Assembly (NCBI GenBank): GCA_013265495.1
Contig: MU062453.1
Location: 2,142,484-2,206,483, forward strand
Source of the DNA: Vicugna vicugna
Taxonomy: Eukaryota
Direction: 5' to 3'
DNA length: 64,000 nucleotides
Shown here: positions 34,085-46,428 of the stretch, piece after piece
How positions within the stretch are numbered: the first letter of the stretch is position 1
How the letters are laid out: every line of letters starts with the position of its first letter
Program-made: the position numbers and the translations under genes
The notes under the pieces: generated by a model
The model's database searches: none
Told to the model about the DNA's origin: nothing
Seen by the model: only the letters and a program-made list of their open reading frames with translations

Positions 34085-35600
34085 ATTAATTGAATGAATG
34101 ACTCCATACTCATTTTGGCCTCCAGGTTGAGAGAAATCTCACCATGAGTGCCGACACTGCTCTGGCAGCGAGAAGAGTGAACAAAACAGGTAAGAGCTCC
34201 TGTCCTCCTGGAGCTGACATCCTAGGGACAGAAGAGACGGCCAGTAAAGACCCCACTGTGTCAAGCACAAAAATCTTCCAGATCATGGTAAGGACTGTGG
34301 AGATAAACAAAGCAGGTAAGATGGCAGACAGGGAGTGCTGGGCCAGTGAACCCCAGGGGGAGAGAGAAGGCTTCGCTAAGGAGTTGACATTTCGATGAGG
34401 AACCGGAAGCAATGCGGGAGCAGGCACTGTGTGTGTTCCAGGCAGAGGGAACAGCAAGTGCGAGGATTTGGAGGCAGGAGCAGCCAGGACTGGAGAAAGC
34501 AAGGGAAAAGATCATAGTAGGAGATGTGATTAGAACGGAGAGGAAAGTCATATACATGACCTGTGTAGGTAGCTGTAAGGACTTTGGCTTTTTCTCTGGG
34601 TGAGTGGGAGCCATGGAAGGTTCTTAACAGAGGAGAGATCTGATCTGACAGGTTCTAACAGGACTCCTCTGACTGCTCTATGGGAAAAGACTATAATGGG
34701 ATGAGGTCAGAAGCAATGAGACCTGTGAGGAGAATACTGCAATAGTCCAGACGAGAGATGTTGATGATTTGCACCAGGATGGTGCCAGGGGAGATAGGGA
34801 GAAACGGTCTACTCTGGGTATATCCCAAAGATGGACCCTATAGAATTTGCTGAAGTGCTGGGGGTAAGAGAAACAGAATTCCACTTGACTCCAAGGTTTT
34901 GGACCTGAGCAACTGAAAGGATGGGCTTGGAATTGATCAGGACGGGAAGAGTGCGGGTGTGTTGCAGCAAAGTGTGTTACACCTCAGTTGTGACAGCAAC
35001 CTGGATCTGGGTGAGAGACCAAGCAGTACTCGGACTGTTGGAGAGCTCAGGTTTATTATGCTGGCTGGCCCAGAGGAGTTAACACTGCAAGCTCTGGACC
35101 CCGTCTGTAGGTTTACACAGGCTTTTATAGGCTGCCAGTCTATATTTTGCAACATCATATGTAAGTAAGTTGTGACAAAGTTGACTAATTAGGAACAAGC
35201 TTTGTAGAAATGGACCAATCAGGAGTGATAGGAATGGACCAATTAGGAGTGATAAGTGAACCAATCAGAAGGTAGTTCAATGCAAATAAGGCACTACAAA
35301 TGGAGCAATCAGGAGTTAGCTCAGGGAACCAATAGAATCTTAGGGGTAAGTTCCTCTTTCCTAGAAGCAAGCAGTTTCAGAGGCAAAAAGGGAGGTAATG
35401 CTGCTGGGCCAGGGAACCGAATGGTGCTGGCGGGAGAGTAGTGGCCCTGCCTGGAGGTCCTGCTGTCTTTTTCATGGGGCTTCCCACCTCAGGAGGGCTA
35501 GGTTTGGGGGAGGAGATGGAGAATTTGGTTTCGACCGTGGGAGATCACAAATTCAATAACCAGGTAGAGATGTTGAGTGGGCAGTCAGAGACACAACGTA
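34085..35600 (-). mobile_element. Long L2 fragment split by the solo LTR
   Basis: GAAGGTTCTTAACAGAGGAG...AATAGTCCAGACGAGAGATG...CCAAGGTTTTGGACCTGAGCAACTG; resumes after 35495 with GGCTAGGTTTGGGGG. Confidence 0.75.
34960..35491 (-). mobile_element. Solo ERV LTR (ERV1-like), 532 bp, inserted into an L2
   Basis: Minus strand begins TGAGGTGGG and ends GCTGCAACA (TG...CA). 4-bp TSD GGTG (34956-59) / GGAG (35492-95). TATAAAA at 35129-35123, AATAAA at 35057-35052, four CCAAT boxes. The flanks rejoin into contiguous L2 sequence. Confidence 0.88.
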
Positions 35601-35879
35601 GCAATGGAGTCTCGCATGATCTTGTTTCCCCTCAAGAAATGGAGTAAAGAGCAAGTTCCCAGTTTCACACAGTCAATTCCTTCTTGGCCCCGAGCATCCC
35701 TTTCCTCATCTGTTCAGTGGACTCATTAAGACTCCTGCTCTACCAGCTCTCCAAGGGAACATGAGGACACAGCGAGATCGTGCAGACCCCAAAAGGCTTG
35801 AGAAAACTGACGAATGAAATTTCTTCTCCTACTGCCCAGACTTAGGTCCTCAGAAATGGGAAACTGAAGCAGAAAAAAA

Positions 35880-37480
35880 AAAAATACACAGATTCAAAGA
35901 AAAGAGAAGTCATGGCAGAGAAAGAACTCCATATAGCTCCCTGCAACCATGTGCATAAATTTTGAAAACATAATATGGAGCCAACGAAGCCAGATATAAA
36001 AGCACATTTTGCACGATTCCACTTACACAATGCTCAAAAGCAGACAATATTAGACTACAGAGCATAGAGGTGCGCACTAGGATAGCAAAGCTATAAAGGA
36101 AAGAGTGCAGCGTCTACCATACAAGGCAGGGCAGTGGCTTTCTCCCAGACTGGTGAGTAGGGGTCTGGGATTCGGATGAGTCATATAGGAGCCTTAGGGG
36201 GCTGGCAGTGTTGTGTTTCTTACCCCAGGTGGTGATTTCATAAAGGTTCACTATATAATAATTTATTACAATTTACATGTATATTATCTACACTTTTCTC
36301 TCTGTGCTCTCAATTTCTCAACTTAAAAATGCATCAAAACCCTTACAAATAGGCATACACACCTATGTTCATATCCTTTGACCAAGTTATTCTCAGTCAG
36401 GGAATCTAAACGACAGAAATAATCACACACTCACACAAACTTTGATTCACAAAGATGTTCACCACAGTGTTACTTATAATAGCTCATGGTTATTTGAAAA
36501 GACCTAAATTCTCACTAATAGGTAAATGGTTAAATACATTATGGTACATATCCACAATGTGGGAAATTATTTAGCCGTTTAAAAGCCTGCTATCAAAGTA
36601 TATTTAATGGGGGTAGGATATAGCTCAGTGGTAGAGTGCATGCCTAGAATACACGAAGTTCTGGGTTCAATCCCCAGCGCTGCCATTAAAAATAAATAAA
36701 TAAACCTAATTACTTCCCCCCAATAACAAAAAAAAGAAAATACAACATACTAAAAAAAAAGTATGTTTGATGTAATAGGAAAATGATCATGATACATGAA
36801 TAAATAGGGAGGAAAAAAGTGGAATCAGTAACATACAGACTGTGATCCCAATATTGTCAATATATATTACATATTCATACCAAAAAGACAGGGAAAATAT
36901 GTAAAAATAACAATAATAGTTACATCTGGGCAGTGGCATTATGGATATCTGTTTTCTTCTTTACACTTTTATTTCCCAAATTTTTTACAATTGATATACA
37001 TTACTTTTATTCTTTAATATGTTGATTCTCCTGCCTTTTGTTTTTTTATTTGGACCCTAGATGCGTACAATTGGTTAATCACACTCTTCAGGCCATGGCA
37101 CACCGTCAGTGACATCAGAGTATGGCTTATACTTTGTTTCGTTTTCACTTATTTTTGCCTGCATCACCCATCTCCACTCCTCCTATTTTCCCCTCTCCCA
37201 TGGACACCCACTTGGGTATATTTAAAGTGTGTTCTTTCTACCCATCTGCCATACATTTGTTTGGATATATGTGTATCCAAATAGACTTAGTAAAAGATAC
37301 ATAAAGAGATAAAATGTTGTTTTATGGTTGGTTTTAAATTTTGGGGTAAATGGCACAGAGTTACGCATCTCATGGTGTCTTACTTTTTCACCCAACATCA
37401 CGTTTTTGAGATCATTCCTTGTTACTCTTTGTAAATATAACCCATTACTTCCGACTGTTGCTTAGTATTCCACTGTGTGC
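35880..37480. mobile_element. Old L1MC/ME-like fragments (host of the Vic-1 at 36609)
   Basis: AAAGCACATTTTGCACGATTCCACTTAC; GGTAAATGGTTAAATACATTATGGTACAT; mixed orientation, highly diverged. Confidence 0.55.
36609..36757 (+). mobile_element. Vic-1-type camelid tRNA-derived SINE
   Basis: GGGGGTAGGATATAGCTCAGTGGTAGAG...GGTTCAATCCCC...A-rich tail. A box 36621-31, B box 36664-74. 14-bp TSD AAAGTATATTTAAT (36595-608) / AAAGTATGTTTGAT (36758-771). Confidence 0.88.
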
Positions 37481-37488
37481 ATGTAACA

Positions 37489-37930
37489 TGGTGGTAGACT
37501 GCTGGCTGGTCCCCAAATGCAGTTTCCTGCTCTTCCAGGACACAATGAAGGTCTACATTTCCCAATCTCCTTTGCATGTAGGTGGAGCCACAGAACGGAG
37601 CTTCAGTCTGTGAATGCAGCAGATGTGATGCATCTCCTTCAGTCTTGGATCATGAAACCTCTCCCATGTCCCCTTCTCCATGATCTTTTCCCTTCTAAAC
37701 TCATTGGGATGATGACCCCAGAGTGACCTTGGAAGCCACGGGTGGAAGGTAACAGAGCCATCCTGGGTGAAATGGTCTGAATGGCTGCATAAGAAGGGAG
37801 AGAGACCACTGGTCCATAACATTCACCTTGGAGCAGGTTATGTGAGCCAAAAGCGAAGCGTCCATGCGGTCTGAGACTTTACATGCTTTAGAGTCTACTA
37901 TAGCAGCTAGTATTAACCTTAACCAATAGA
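37489..37930 (+). mobile_element. MaLR LTR (MLT1H/I/J-like) inserted in an L1
   Basis: TGGTGGTAGACTG...TACATTTCCCAATCTCCTTTGCATGTAGGTGGAGCCAC...ACTATAGCAGCTAGTATTAACCTTAACCAATAGA. Confidence 0.7.
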
Positions 37931-38385
37931 ACTGTGTTCCACTTACCACATCCCAGTGCTAGACACTACTGCAGACTCCTTGAAGCCACACTACAACAAA
38001 CATTCTCACACATATTTCCAGTTGTATCTGTGAGCAAAGTTTTTAGCTTGTCAACCAAAAATGGAGTTGCTAAGCCATAGAGTCTGTGTGTATTTTGTGT
38101 ACCCCTGATCAAAGCAATGGCAGGGGCATCCACTTTGGGGGGCCATGACAGCAGAAGCTTTGATTTTCAGTTCACCCCAAGTCAACATTGCCAGTTGGGG
38201 TGACTCAGCAGGGTCATCGCTGGAGCCATCCCACAGGGGGCCTTGGGCATTGCTCTTGGGGCCTTCGCTGCTAAGACTGACCTCACGGGCACCCTTGAGA
38301 TTCTGTGAGCTCCCTATAACCGTTCATAAAATTACTAAAGTGAGTTCTGTTGTTTCCAACTGCAAACCCCTGACCTATGCTAGAT

Positions 38386-38594
38386 TGGGGACTGGCAAAT
38401 GTTTTCTGCAACCGCCAGGTAGTAAATAATTTAGGCTTTCAGGGTCGAACAGCTTGTGTCACAACTATTTGATTCTGCTGCTGCAGCCCTAACCACAGCC
38501 AAAGACAATATGTAAATGAATGGATGTGGCTGTGTTCCCATAAAACTTTATTTATAAAAACAATAGCCGGCAGGCTGCAGTTTGCCAGTCCCTG
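38386..38594 (+). mobile_element. MER58A (hAT-Charlie)
   Basis: TIRs TGGGGACTGGCAAAT / GTTTGCCAGTCCCTG (12/15 complementary); internal GGATGTGGCTGTGTTCCCATAAAACTTTATTT. Confidence 0.85.
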
Positions 38595-40379
38595 AGGTAG
38601 GCAAAAAAGAGGTCTCTCCTCTCTCTAAATCTCTATGTAGACGTTTATGTCATGTTTCCTGGGCTTAGCTCTTTGATAAACTCCTTTCCTCAGTCCATTT
38701 TGGGGTGCCATTCAGAGTCCAGCACATTACCTTGCCTACAATGGACTGATGGAATGAATAAAGGAGTCAATGAATGAAAGAATGGCATCGATTTAGAGGT
38801 GGTCCTAATGAACAACCCAGGCAAAGGCCAATCAGAACAGGAGCCAGCTGTGGACCAGCGGCATCCAGTTCTGCTCCACTGAGCCCCAGCTCTGCTCCCC
38901 AGTCCTCACACCCACCCAACCAGGCTTCATCCCACATCCTTGGTAGGCCCCAGTTTAGGGGTTCAGGTTCCAAATTTCAGAAGCTAATGAGGAACAAGGG
39001 CAACTGTGGGGGACTCGGTGCTCCAAAGCAAACTGTGTTCCAGTGACTAATTCATCTTTAACCCCCGATATTTTTATTCATTGCAGCAGAAATGTGTATG
39101 AGTCACAGCGCCTGTTAGAGAATTTTTTTAAATGCATCATCGTGTGCGTATCTTCAGCCCGCAGACCTGCAAGATCTGGGTGCTGTTGGCAGGGGGCTAA
39201 TGATTTCAGCAGCAACAACAAAAGCTGTCAAGTCACACTAACCAGGACTCCTTTTTCCCACTCTCATCAGCATCCAACAAAGTAAAAGATAGAAAAAAAA
39301 AATTGATTCAGCATCTGATTGAGGATGTGGCACATAAATACTGAGGCCACCACAGGCTTACAGATCCTCCTACCAAAACCTCTCCCTTCTTTTAAGACTC
39401 TGCCACAGTACCTCCTCCTTTCCAAAAGCCTTCTTGATTAATCTGACCTCAAAGACCTTTTTCAGCTCTAAAGCCACTGTGATTTGTGAATCAAATCTCC
39501 CCATCTTCTGATCACATCTCTGCCCTGCAGTGGATTCCTGCAGCCCTTTCTGTAGAAAATTCCTATTCTACTCCTTTGTATCAATTTGTAGCCTTCTTTC
39601 TGGAGTGTGAAGTCACTTCTACGTGGATGTGTTCTTTCCAGCCTGGTGGGGTGGACAGAGCCGATTTGAAAATCATTAAGAGATGCAATCAGATCTCCAC
39701 TTGGCCCCTGGCTGGTTGTGTGACTTCACCTCGCAGAGCCTTAGTTTCCCCATCTATAAGTAGGGGTGACGCTGATAATCATAACAGAGTAAATGTTGCT
39801 AATGTTTCCTGAGCCACTCGACTACATGTTCAGTACAGACAAGGGTTTTTAATTTGTTTTGCTCACTGCTGTATCCCCAGGGTCTGAACAGAGCCTGGCT
39901 CTATGTCGGTGCTCAACAAGCACGTGCTAAGAAAATGAACAATGAATTGTTTCCCATATTTGCCTGCACCATCCTGCTAAGACTGAAAACACCATTTTTT
40001 GCAAACAATAACCATTTCCCCATTTCCCTGTCAAAACTCCAAGTTTGGTGACCATATGCTTCTGGGAAGAATGAACCCTTTCCCACTTGCAATGGTAAAT
40101 CTTAAAGAGTCTTAGCCAATTATGAGGAACAGACAAATGACACATTTTTAGCTAGTAAGACTTGATGCAATAAGACTGGGGGCTTTGAGTTTTTCTCTCT
40201 CTTAGAACAGGACTTAGGAAAGAAAAGGGATTTCTTCTTTTCTTCTGGCCTGTGGATGTTGCATGAAGACTCCATGTCAGAGCCATGGCAGCCATCTTGG
40301 ACCCACAAGGAAAGACTGTGCCATCATGGTGGATAAAAAGGACCTGGCCCCTTAATTCTGCTGTTGAGCCACTGAATTA

Positions 40380-40940
40380 ACCACTGAGCACCTATTACAT
40401 ACCAGGCATTATGCTAGACGCAGGGGGGAAAGTAGTGAATTTCATCCCTTGTGAAGTTTATATTCTAATTGGGAGAGAGAGATATTAAACAAATAAACAC
40501 ATACCAATGATAGCTAAGAAATAAACAAGGTATTTTCACAGGGAAATATAGGAAGGCATATACCTAGATAGGGTTTTTCACAAAGACTCTCTTTAAAAAG
40601 TAATGGTTAAGCTGAGATCTGAATGCTGAGCCAGAACCAGCCCTCTGAAACATGAGAAGAGCTTCCCAGGTAGAAAAAAATGGCAAGTGCAAAGGCCCTG
40701 AGGCTGGACCACATTTGGAACATTCCAGGGGCAGCAAGGAAGCCAGTGAGGTGGGAACAATGAGTAATGAGAAGACTAGTAGGAAATGAAGCCAGATTAG
40801 TAATATGGAGACAGTAGATGCATGAATTATACGCTAAGCACACAGGGCAGCCAGGGGGCCAGGGGAGGAATTTAAACAAGGGTGTGATATGACCTGACTC
40901 AGGTTTTGAAATGGTCACTCTGTTGGGTGGAGAACAGCCT
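40380..40940 (-). mobile_element. L2 fragment
   Basis: GAGCACCTATTACATACCAGGC...GCAAGTGCAAAGGCCCTGAGGC...AGCAAGGAAGCCAGTG. Confidence 0.72.
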
Positions 40941-40979
40941 GTGGAAAAAAAAAAAAAGATCATAACCAACCCTTTTATA

Positions 40980-41160
40980 ATACTGTTTGCCAGGCACTGT
41001 TCTAAGCACATTTCATATATTAACTCACTATATCCTCATAAAGATAGGAATGATTATGGTGCCACTTACAGATGAAGAAACCGAGAGTCAGAGAGGCAAG
41101 GTGACTTGCCCAGGGTCACACAGTGAGTAAATTAGAGCCAGGACTAGAGGAAACAGGGAG
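40980..41160 (-). mobile_element. MIR
   Basis: CACTTACAGATGAAGAAACCGAGAG...GTGACTTGCCCAGGGTCACACAG. Confidence 0.82.
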
Positions 41161-41460
41161 CCTAGCTAGAGGCTATGGTGTGTAGAGCGAGCGGGGGATG
41201 TTTGGCTTGCTCCTGACCAGCAGTACCAGAGACAGAGAAGGGCACGGATCAGGAATACAGTGTCAAGACAAAAAAGAAAGACCTTTCTGGTGGTGTGCAC
41301 ATGCACAGTATCCTGTCTGTACCTTCTGATTCCCTTCTCCAGCCGAACTTTCAACAGGACCCTAGCTGGAAGACAGGCCGCTGCCTCCCAGTGTCCTCCC
41401 TGCCCACTTTATGGATGGAGGTCCCCATCCTGTACCTGGGCATCTTGTTCATCTCACATG

Positions 41461-41880
41461 ACCAACCCCACTTTGGAGCACTGCCCGACGCTGCTTCGAC
41501 TGTCTCCCACCTTGGTCTTGCCCTTCCCCGCCACACCTTCGCCTGGATGCGAAGATTAAAAGCCGCCAAAAAGCTGGGGCCGCAGCGCCTCGATCTCGGA
41601 GGAAAGCACTTTGTAGACGCTCCCTGAGCCTCAAGAAAACTTCTATTGTGTTGCGGAGACTGAAAACCCAGCGAGTGGTCCAGATGCTCCCTGGCCAAAG
41701 ATCCCGCGAGCAAGCACTGCATCCCAGCCCCGCTGCTGGTCTGAGCTCCCGGCAAGGCCAGAGGGGCCGGAGGGGAGCAAGATGTGCGCTTGACTCTGCT
41801 GTCTGCCGCAGGTTACAGCCTCTACCCACCCATGCAGCTCACTCAAAGCGAACGAAACCAGAAAGGGGGAGAAAGCCGGT
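41461..41880. promoter_or_regulatory. Orphan CpG-island-like segment
   Basis: Hand count: 24 CpG in 420 bp, C=138, G=113, GC ~60%, obs/exp ~0.65. No recognisable repeat. Confidence 0.5.
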
Positions 41881-42739
41881 GGGTGGTGCCCAGCTTGACC
41901 TTTCAAGGAGAGGCAGGAGTTTCTACAAAGTGTCCGGGAGTCCCCTAAGTATCTGTTCCCAACTTCTAGGGGCCAGAAGGTCACCCTCCCGGTTCCTCAT
42001 CACCCTGGGATGGGTTCAGTGTGGGGTGGACCGACCCTCGCCTGGGGACTGCTCTGGGGCTTTCTAAAAAATGAAGTGCACAGACCTGGACAGGGAACCC
42101 ACCTTGTGCAAAGCACAGTGTTAGGCTTTGGGGATTCAGAGAAAAGGAAAGCACCCTGTCCTCCAGGGGCAAGGTGGAGGTAAGATGAGTTATGCAGAGG
42201 CAGAGGTTTGGAGGCAAAATCAAGGAAGCCTTCACGGAGGAGGGGGGCCTTTTTCAAGGGCTCATTTAGAGACAGAGCAGATGCCCCATGTGCTCAGCAC
42301 AATTACAAACTTTTTGAATGCATAATCTTTTGCCCGCATAATCTTTTGCCCTGAATTATTTTTGTTTTCCACAGTAATCAGCACTGAATATTGATGCTTT
42401 CTAGTTAATTTTTGTCAAAAAAATTAAATTCTTGCCCTCCTCCCTCTCTCTTTCCTTCTATAAAAACAAAAAAATAAAAAAAAACCCTCCTCAAAATGAC
42501 TAAGCAGAATGTGCACAAAAGAGGCATATGTTCTTTTTTTATATAAATGTCTAGTCCGTGTCCTTTTCTTTCCTTTTTTTTTTTTTTTCTGATCACTAAA
42601 GCAGTATATGTACATTGCTGAAACTTTTGGAAAACCCCAGATGAGCATATGAAGAAAATGAAAATCACCTACATTTTCATCATTTAGAAATAAACTCCCT
42701 TAATATGTCAGAGTATTCCTCTCCAGGCTTCGGTGGTTA

Positions 42740-44130
42740 TTACTATGAGGTGAAAGTCACTACAGTGAAACACACAGATCCGAAGTGAATGAGTCAATGA
42801 ATTTTGACAATTCCCTACACAATGTACACCCCCCATCAAGACCTGGAGCATTCCCGTCATCCCAGAAACTCCCCTCAGGTCCTCTTCCAGTCAACCCACA
42901 ACCCCCACAGGCAACCATCCTTCTGATTTCTATCACCAGAGATTAGTTTTGCCTGTCGTGTAATTGGAATCATATGGTATGTGCTCTTTTGTGCCTGGCT
43001 TCCTTCACTCAGCATAATGCTGTTAGATCCGTCCATGTATCAATAGCTTGTTCCTTTTTATTGCGGAGTAGCGTTCTAGGGTGTAGATGTCCTGCGTGTT
43101 CGCCTAGCCACCCTGTGATGGTTTTTTATGTTGTCTCCACTTTGGGGCTTAGGAATAAAGGCACTCTATTGGTGGACACATCTGCGTGTGGACCTAGGTC
43201 TTCATTTTTCTTAAGCAAATACTCAGGAGTGGAATTGCTAAGTCATATGCTTAAGTTTTACCAAAAATTGCCAACAGCTTTCCAAAGTGGTTGTCCCATT
43301 CTATTTCCGCCAGCACAGTATGAGGGTTCCAGTTGCTTACTATTATTAATTTTTCATTGCACAAATAATACATGAGTGTTATCTCCCATAGAGTTAAAAT
43401 GCCTTTGGACAATCACCGGGCACCTGCCACTCCCCCCAGAATAACACTGTCAGCAGTATGGGATGCTTCCTTGCAGATCTTTTCCTGTGCATTTATATAC
43501 ATAAATAAATACCCAGTGAAAACACATCGTATTATTTTGTGGTGATTCTTTCACAAAAATGGGAAACCATCTCCCATTATATATTTCTTCATTACATTTA
43601 CCACCCTTGGCATACAATTTTTTCCCTGCCTCTACCCTCCCCCGAGGTAGGACATTAGCTCAGTTAAGGTAAAGAGTTTATTTTGTTCACTGCTGTATTC
43701 CCAGTACCTTGAACAGTACCAGGCAGAGAGCAGACGCTCCATAAATATCTACTGAATGCAAGGAGAGTGTAGATATTGTTCTGGAACTCTCTTTTTCCCC
43801 CTCTGTAAGTCATAGATCTTTCTGAGTCAGCACTTAGAAATCCATTTCCTTTCTTAACTTGCTGCATAGTATTCTGTAATAGGAATATGCAAATTTTCTT
43901 TGTCATTCCCCAATGGATGGACACTTAGGCTGTTTCTGGTTTTCCATTATTAGGAACACTACTGCTGTGAACACCCTGTGCTTGCCCTTTTGGGCACAGT
44001 ATCTCTTTAGAACAGTAGCCCAGGAGGGAACAGCTGGGTCGGAGGGTCTATGTAGTGTACATTTCAGTAAAATTGGCCAAAGGGGCAGGATTTCTACCAC
44101 CAGATACTCCAAGATCAACACATTGTCCAG
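42740..44130 (-). mobile_element. Old L1MC/ME-like fragments
   Basis: GCAACCATCCTTCTGATTTCTATCACCAGAGATTAGTTTTGCCTG; GGCTTCCTTCACTCAGCATAATG; GATGGACACTTAGGCTGTTTC. Confidence 0.6.
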
Positions 44131-44249
44131 TTGAGACATGGGGTGGGGGAGTGGGATTAACGATAAATGGATAGAGTATCTATGATTTGGCCAAATGGGG
44201 GCAGTGGGAAGACGTAGGATCAGAGTTGTAGTGGGAGAGTGATTATGCC

Positions 44250-44470
44250 CACACATGCTGAAGCTAGATGCTCTAGATTCAAATTATGGCCACCATGAAG
44301 CTGTATGACCTCAGGCAAATTACTCAACCTCTCTGTGCTTCAGTTTCCCAACTGAAAAACAAGAATAATAATAATAGCCACCTCCAAGGACTGTTATGAG
44401 AATTAACACATATGTAAAGAGCTTAGAGCAGGGATGGGCACTTGTTAAATATTCACTAAGTGTCATCTGC
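44250..44470 (+). mobile_element. MIR
   Basis: GCTGTATGACCTCAGGCAAATTACTCAACCTCTCTGTGCTTCAGTTTCCC...ATGTAAAGAGCTTAGAGCAG. Confidence 0.85.
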
Positions 44471-45479
44471 TGTTACTGTTTAACAACCAACGTGTGTTTG
44501 TGTTTAAAGAACACCTGCAACTCACTTCAGTCATTTTCTTCACCTTCCTGGCCCATCACAGCGATGGCTTTTCCATCCACAGACTTAGGGCATTTATTCC
44601 AGGGAAAGGAGGAGAGGCCTGGGAGGAGGAGGCCAAGGGGGAGGGGAATGCAGGAAGGAGCAGCTCTACAGGAACCAAAGGAGTTTCCAGAAGCAAGGGC
44701 TGTTTGTTCTGCAGCAACAAAAGCCCCAGAGGTGAGTAAAGGGAAGACTGAGAAGAGGCTGTAGCACCCTGGCAGCAGGGGAGGTCACCAGTGACCTTTG
44801 GGAGGAGGTTGGGGCCAAAGCCAGCTTCACAGGGCTAGGGCCAGGGCCTGTGCTTGGGAGACAGAGGTGGTCAGAAGCGCCAGTGCTCTTCTGAGAAGTC
44901 TGGCCAGACTGGACTATATCTGGAAGGGGAGAAACCATGCATTGATTTTTAAGATTAGGAGATCTAAGCAGGTTTAAGGGGAAAAAAATATTTCAAGAGC
45001 CGCAACTACAGGGTCTGAGAGGAATGGAGCCAGGGCTGGTATATTCAGGGCCTGACCCTCTGAGAAGGTTCCCACTGTGGTTAGATGTTCCATGTATTTC
45101 TACTGAACAGATAACCATGGGGAGGGAAAAGGCCCCTTACCCACCCACCTCTACATTCACTAATTTCATTGTAAGATACCAAGAGGTAAAAAACACAGCC
45201 CCCACCCTTAATTAAGGGTGGATTCCAACCTAGTTGAGAAAAACACACAGGAACACAAAAAAGTAAAATCATAATGAAAGATTTAAAACATGAGAGACAG
45301 GCCTGGTTTAGAAGAAAGACTGCAAAAGGCTTTGGTGGCCCAGAGGGAGATATTGTGATATTTGACTTGGTTGCCATCAGTTACATAGAGGAAGTTTTCA
45401 CAGTAAGATCTAAATTTCTTACACCCCCACATCCTAAACATAAGCAAATCCTACAGCTCCACCTTTGACATGCAAGTAG

Positions 45480-46110
45480 CCGGAGTCAGATGACTTTTCC
45501 CCACCTCCATTCTCACTCACCTCCTGTCCATTTTCCATAGGCAGCCAGAGGACCTAAGTCTGGTTCTCTCCCTCCTCTACTTAGAACCCTCCATGGCTCC
45601 CACCTACTCAGAGTCAAAACTAAAGTTGTTACAGTGGCTCCAAAGTCCTGCACGGTCTGCCCCCATTACCTCTCTGCCCTTAGCTCCTTTGACTCTCTCC
45701 CTTGCTCCCACTGCTCCAGCCACACAGGCCTCTTACTGTTTCTAGAACATTCCAGGCAGTCTCCCTCCTTGGGGCCTTTCCATTTGTTTCTCCCTCTGCC
45801 TGGACTGCTCTTCTGGGCAGGAGGGGTTCCTGCACAGCTCATTCTGTGAATCTTTCCAGCCTTTACTCAAATGAGCCCCTGCTCAGGGAGGTTTCCCTGT
45901 CACTTCATCTAAATTCACACTGATTCTGACACTTCCGCCCCCTGCCCTACGTTGTTTTTTGCGCTTACCACCATCTAACATGCTCCATAGTTTATTTATT
46001 TTTTTCACACCTGTTCCTTGTGAGTTTGCAAGCAATGTCTTCAGGCTGTTTTGACCCCCTTTGGACTCTCCAGTGTCTGGAACAGTCCTGGCACATAGTG
46101 AGCTCTCTGA
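45480..46110 (+). mobile_element. L2 3' region
   Basis: CCCTCCATGGCTCCCACC...CCACTGCTCCAGCCACACAGGCCTC...CCTGGCACATAGTGAG. Confidence 0.75.
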
Positions 46111-46428
46111 AAAACTTGTGTAATAAGTGCATTTCCAACTTCTCTTAACAATCAGAAGAATTTGGCAACAATGGGCAGGAACTACATGGGGAGGGGCCAC
46201 CACTTTTCTGTTCACCGCAGTCCCCACCCAGCCAGCTTCACTCCTTGCTTTTGTCCCCTGGGTAGGTGACAGAGCAGTGCATGGGGAGCCAAGAGCCCAG
46301 CATTTTGATCCCTACTTTTCTGTTAAATCTCTTTTTCCCTGCCACCTCCCCGTCCCTGCACCTGCCAGCCTCTCTGCCTGGAACACCCTTCCAGAAGAGC
46401 CTGGCAAACTCCTCTTCATCTACTAAAT

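Noticed and set aside
36609-36690. tRNA-like sequences (also 54310-54385 and 60360-60435)
   Set aside because: SINE heads with A-rich tails and TSDs; no intact cloverleaf acceptor stem, so not tRNA genes.
41449-41829. ORF containing LQSAFL, identical to the P-Rex1 exon1/exon2 junction peptide
   Set aside because: Codons differ (Ser AGT vs TCG; CTA CAA vs TTG CAG) and flanks do not align. A 6-aa match to a protein of this size is expected by chance over six frames of 64 kb. Not a retrocopy.
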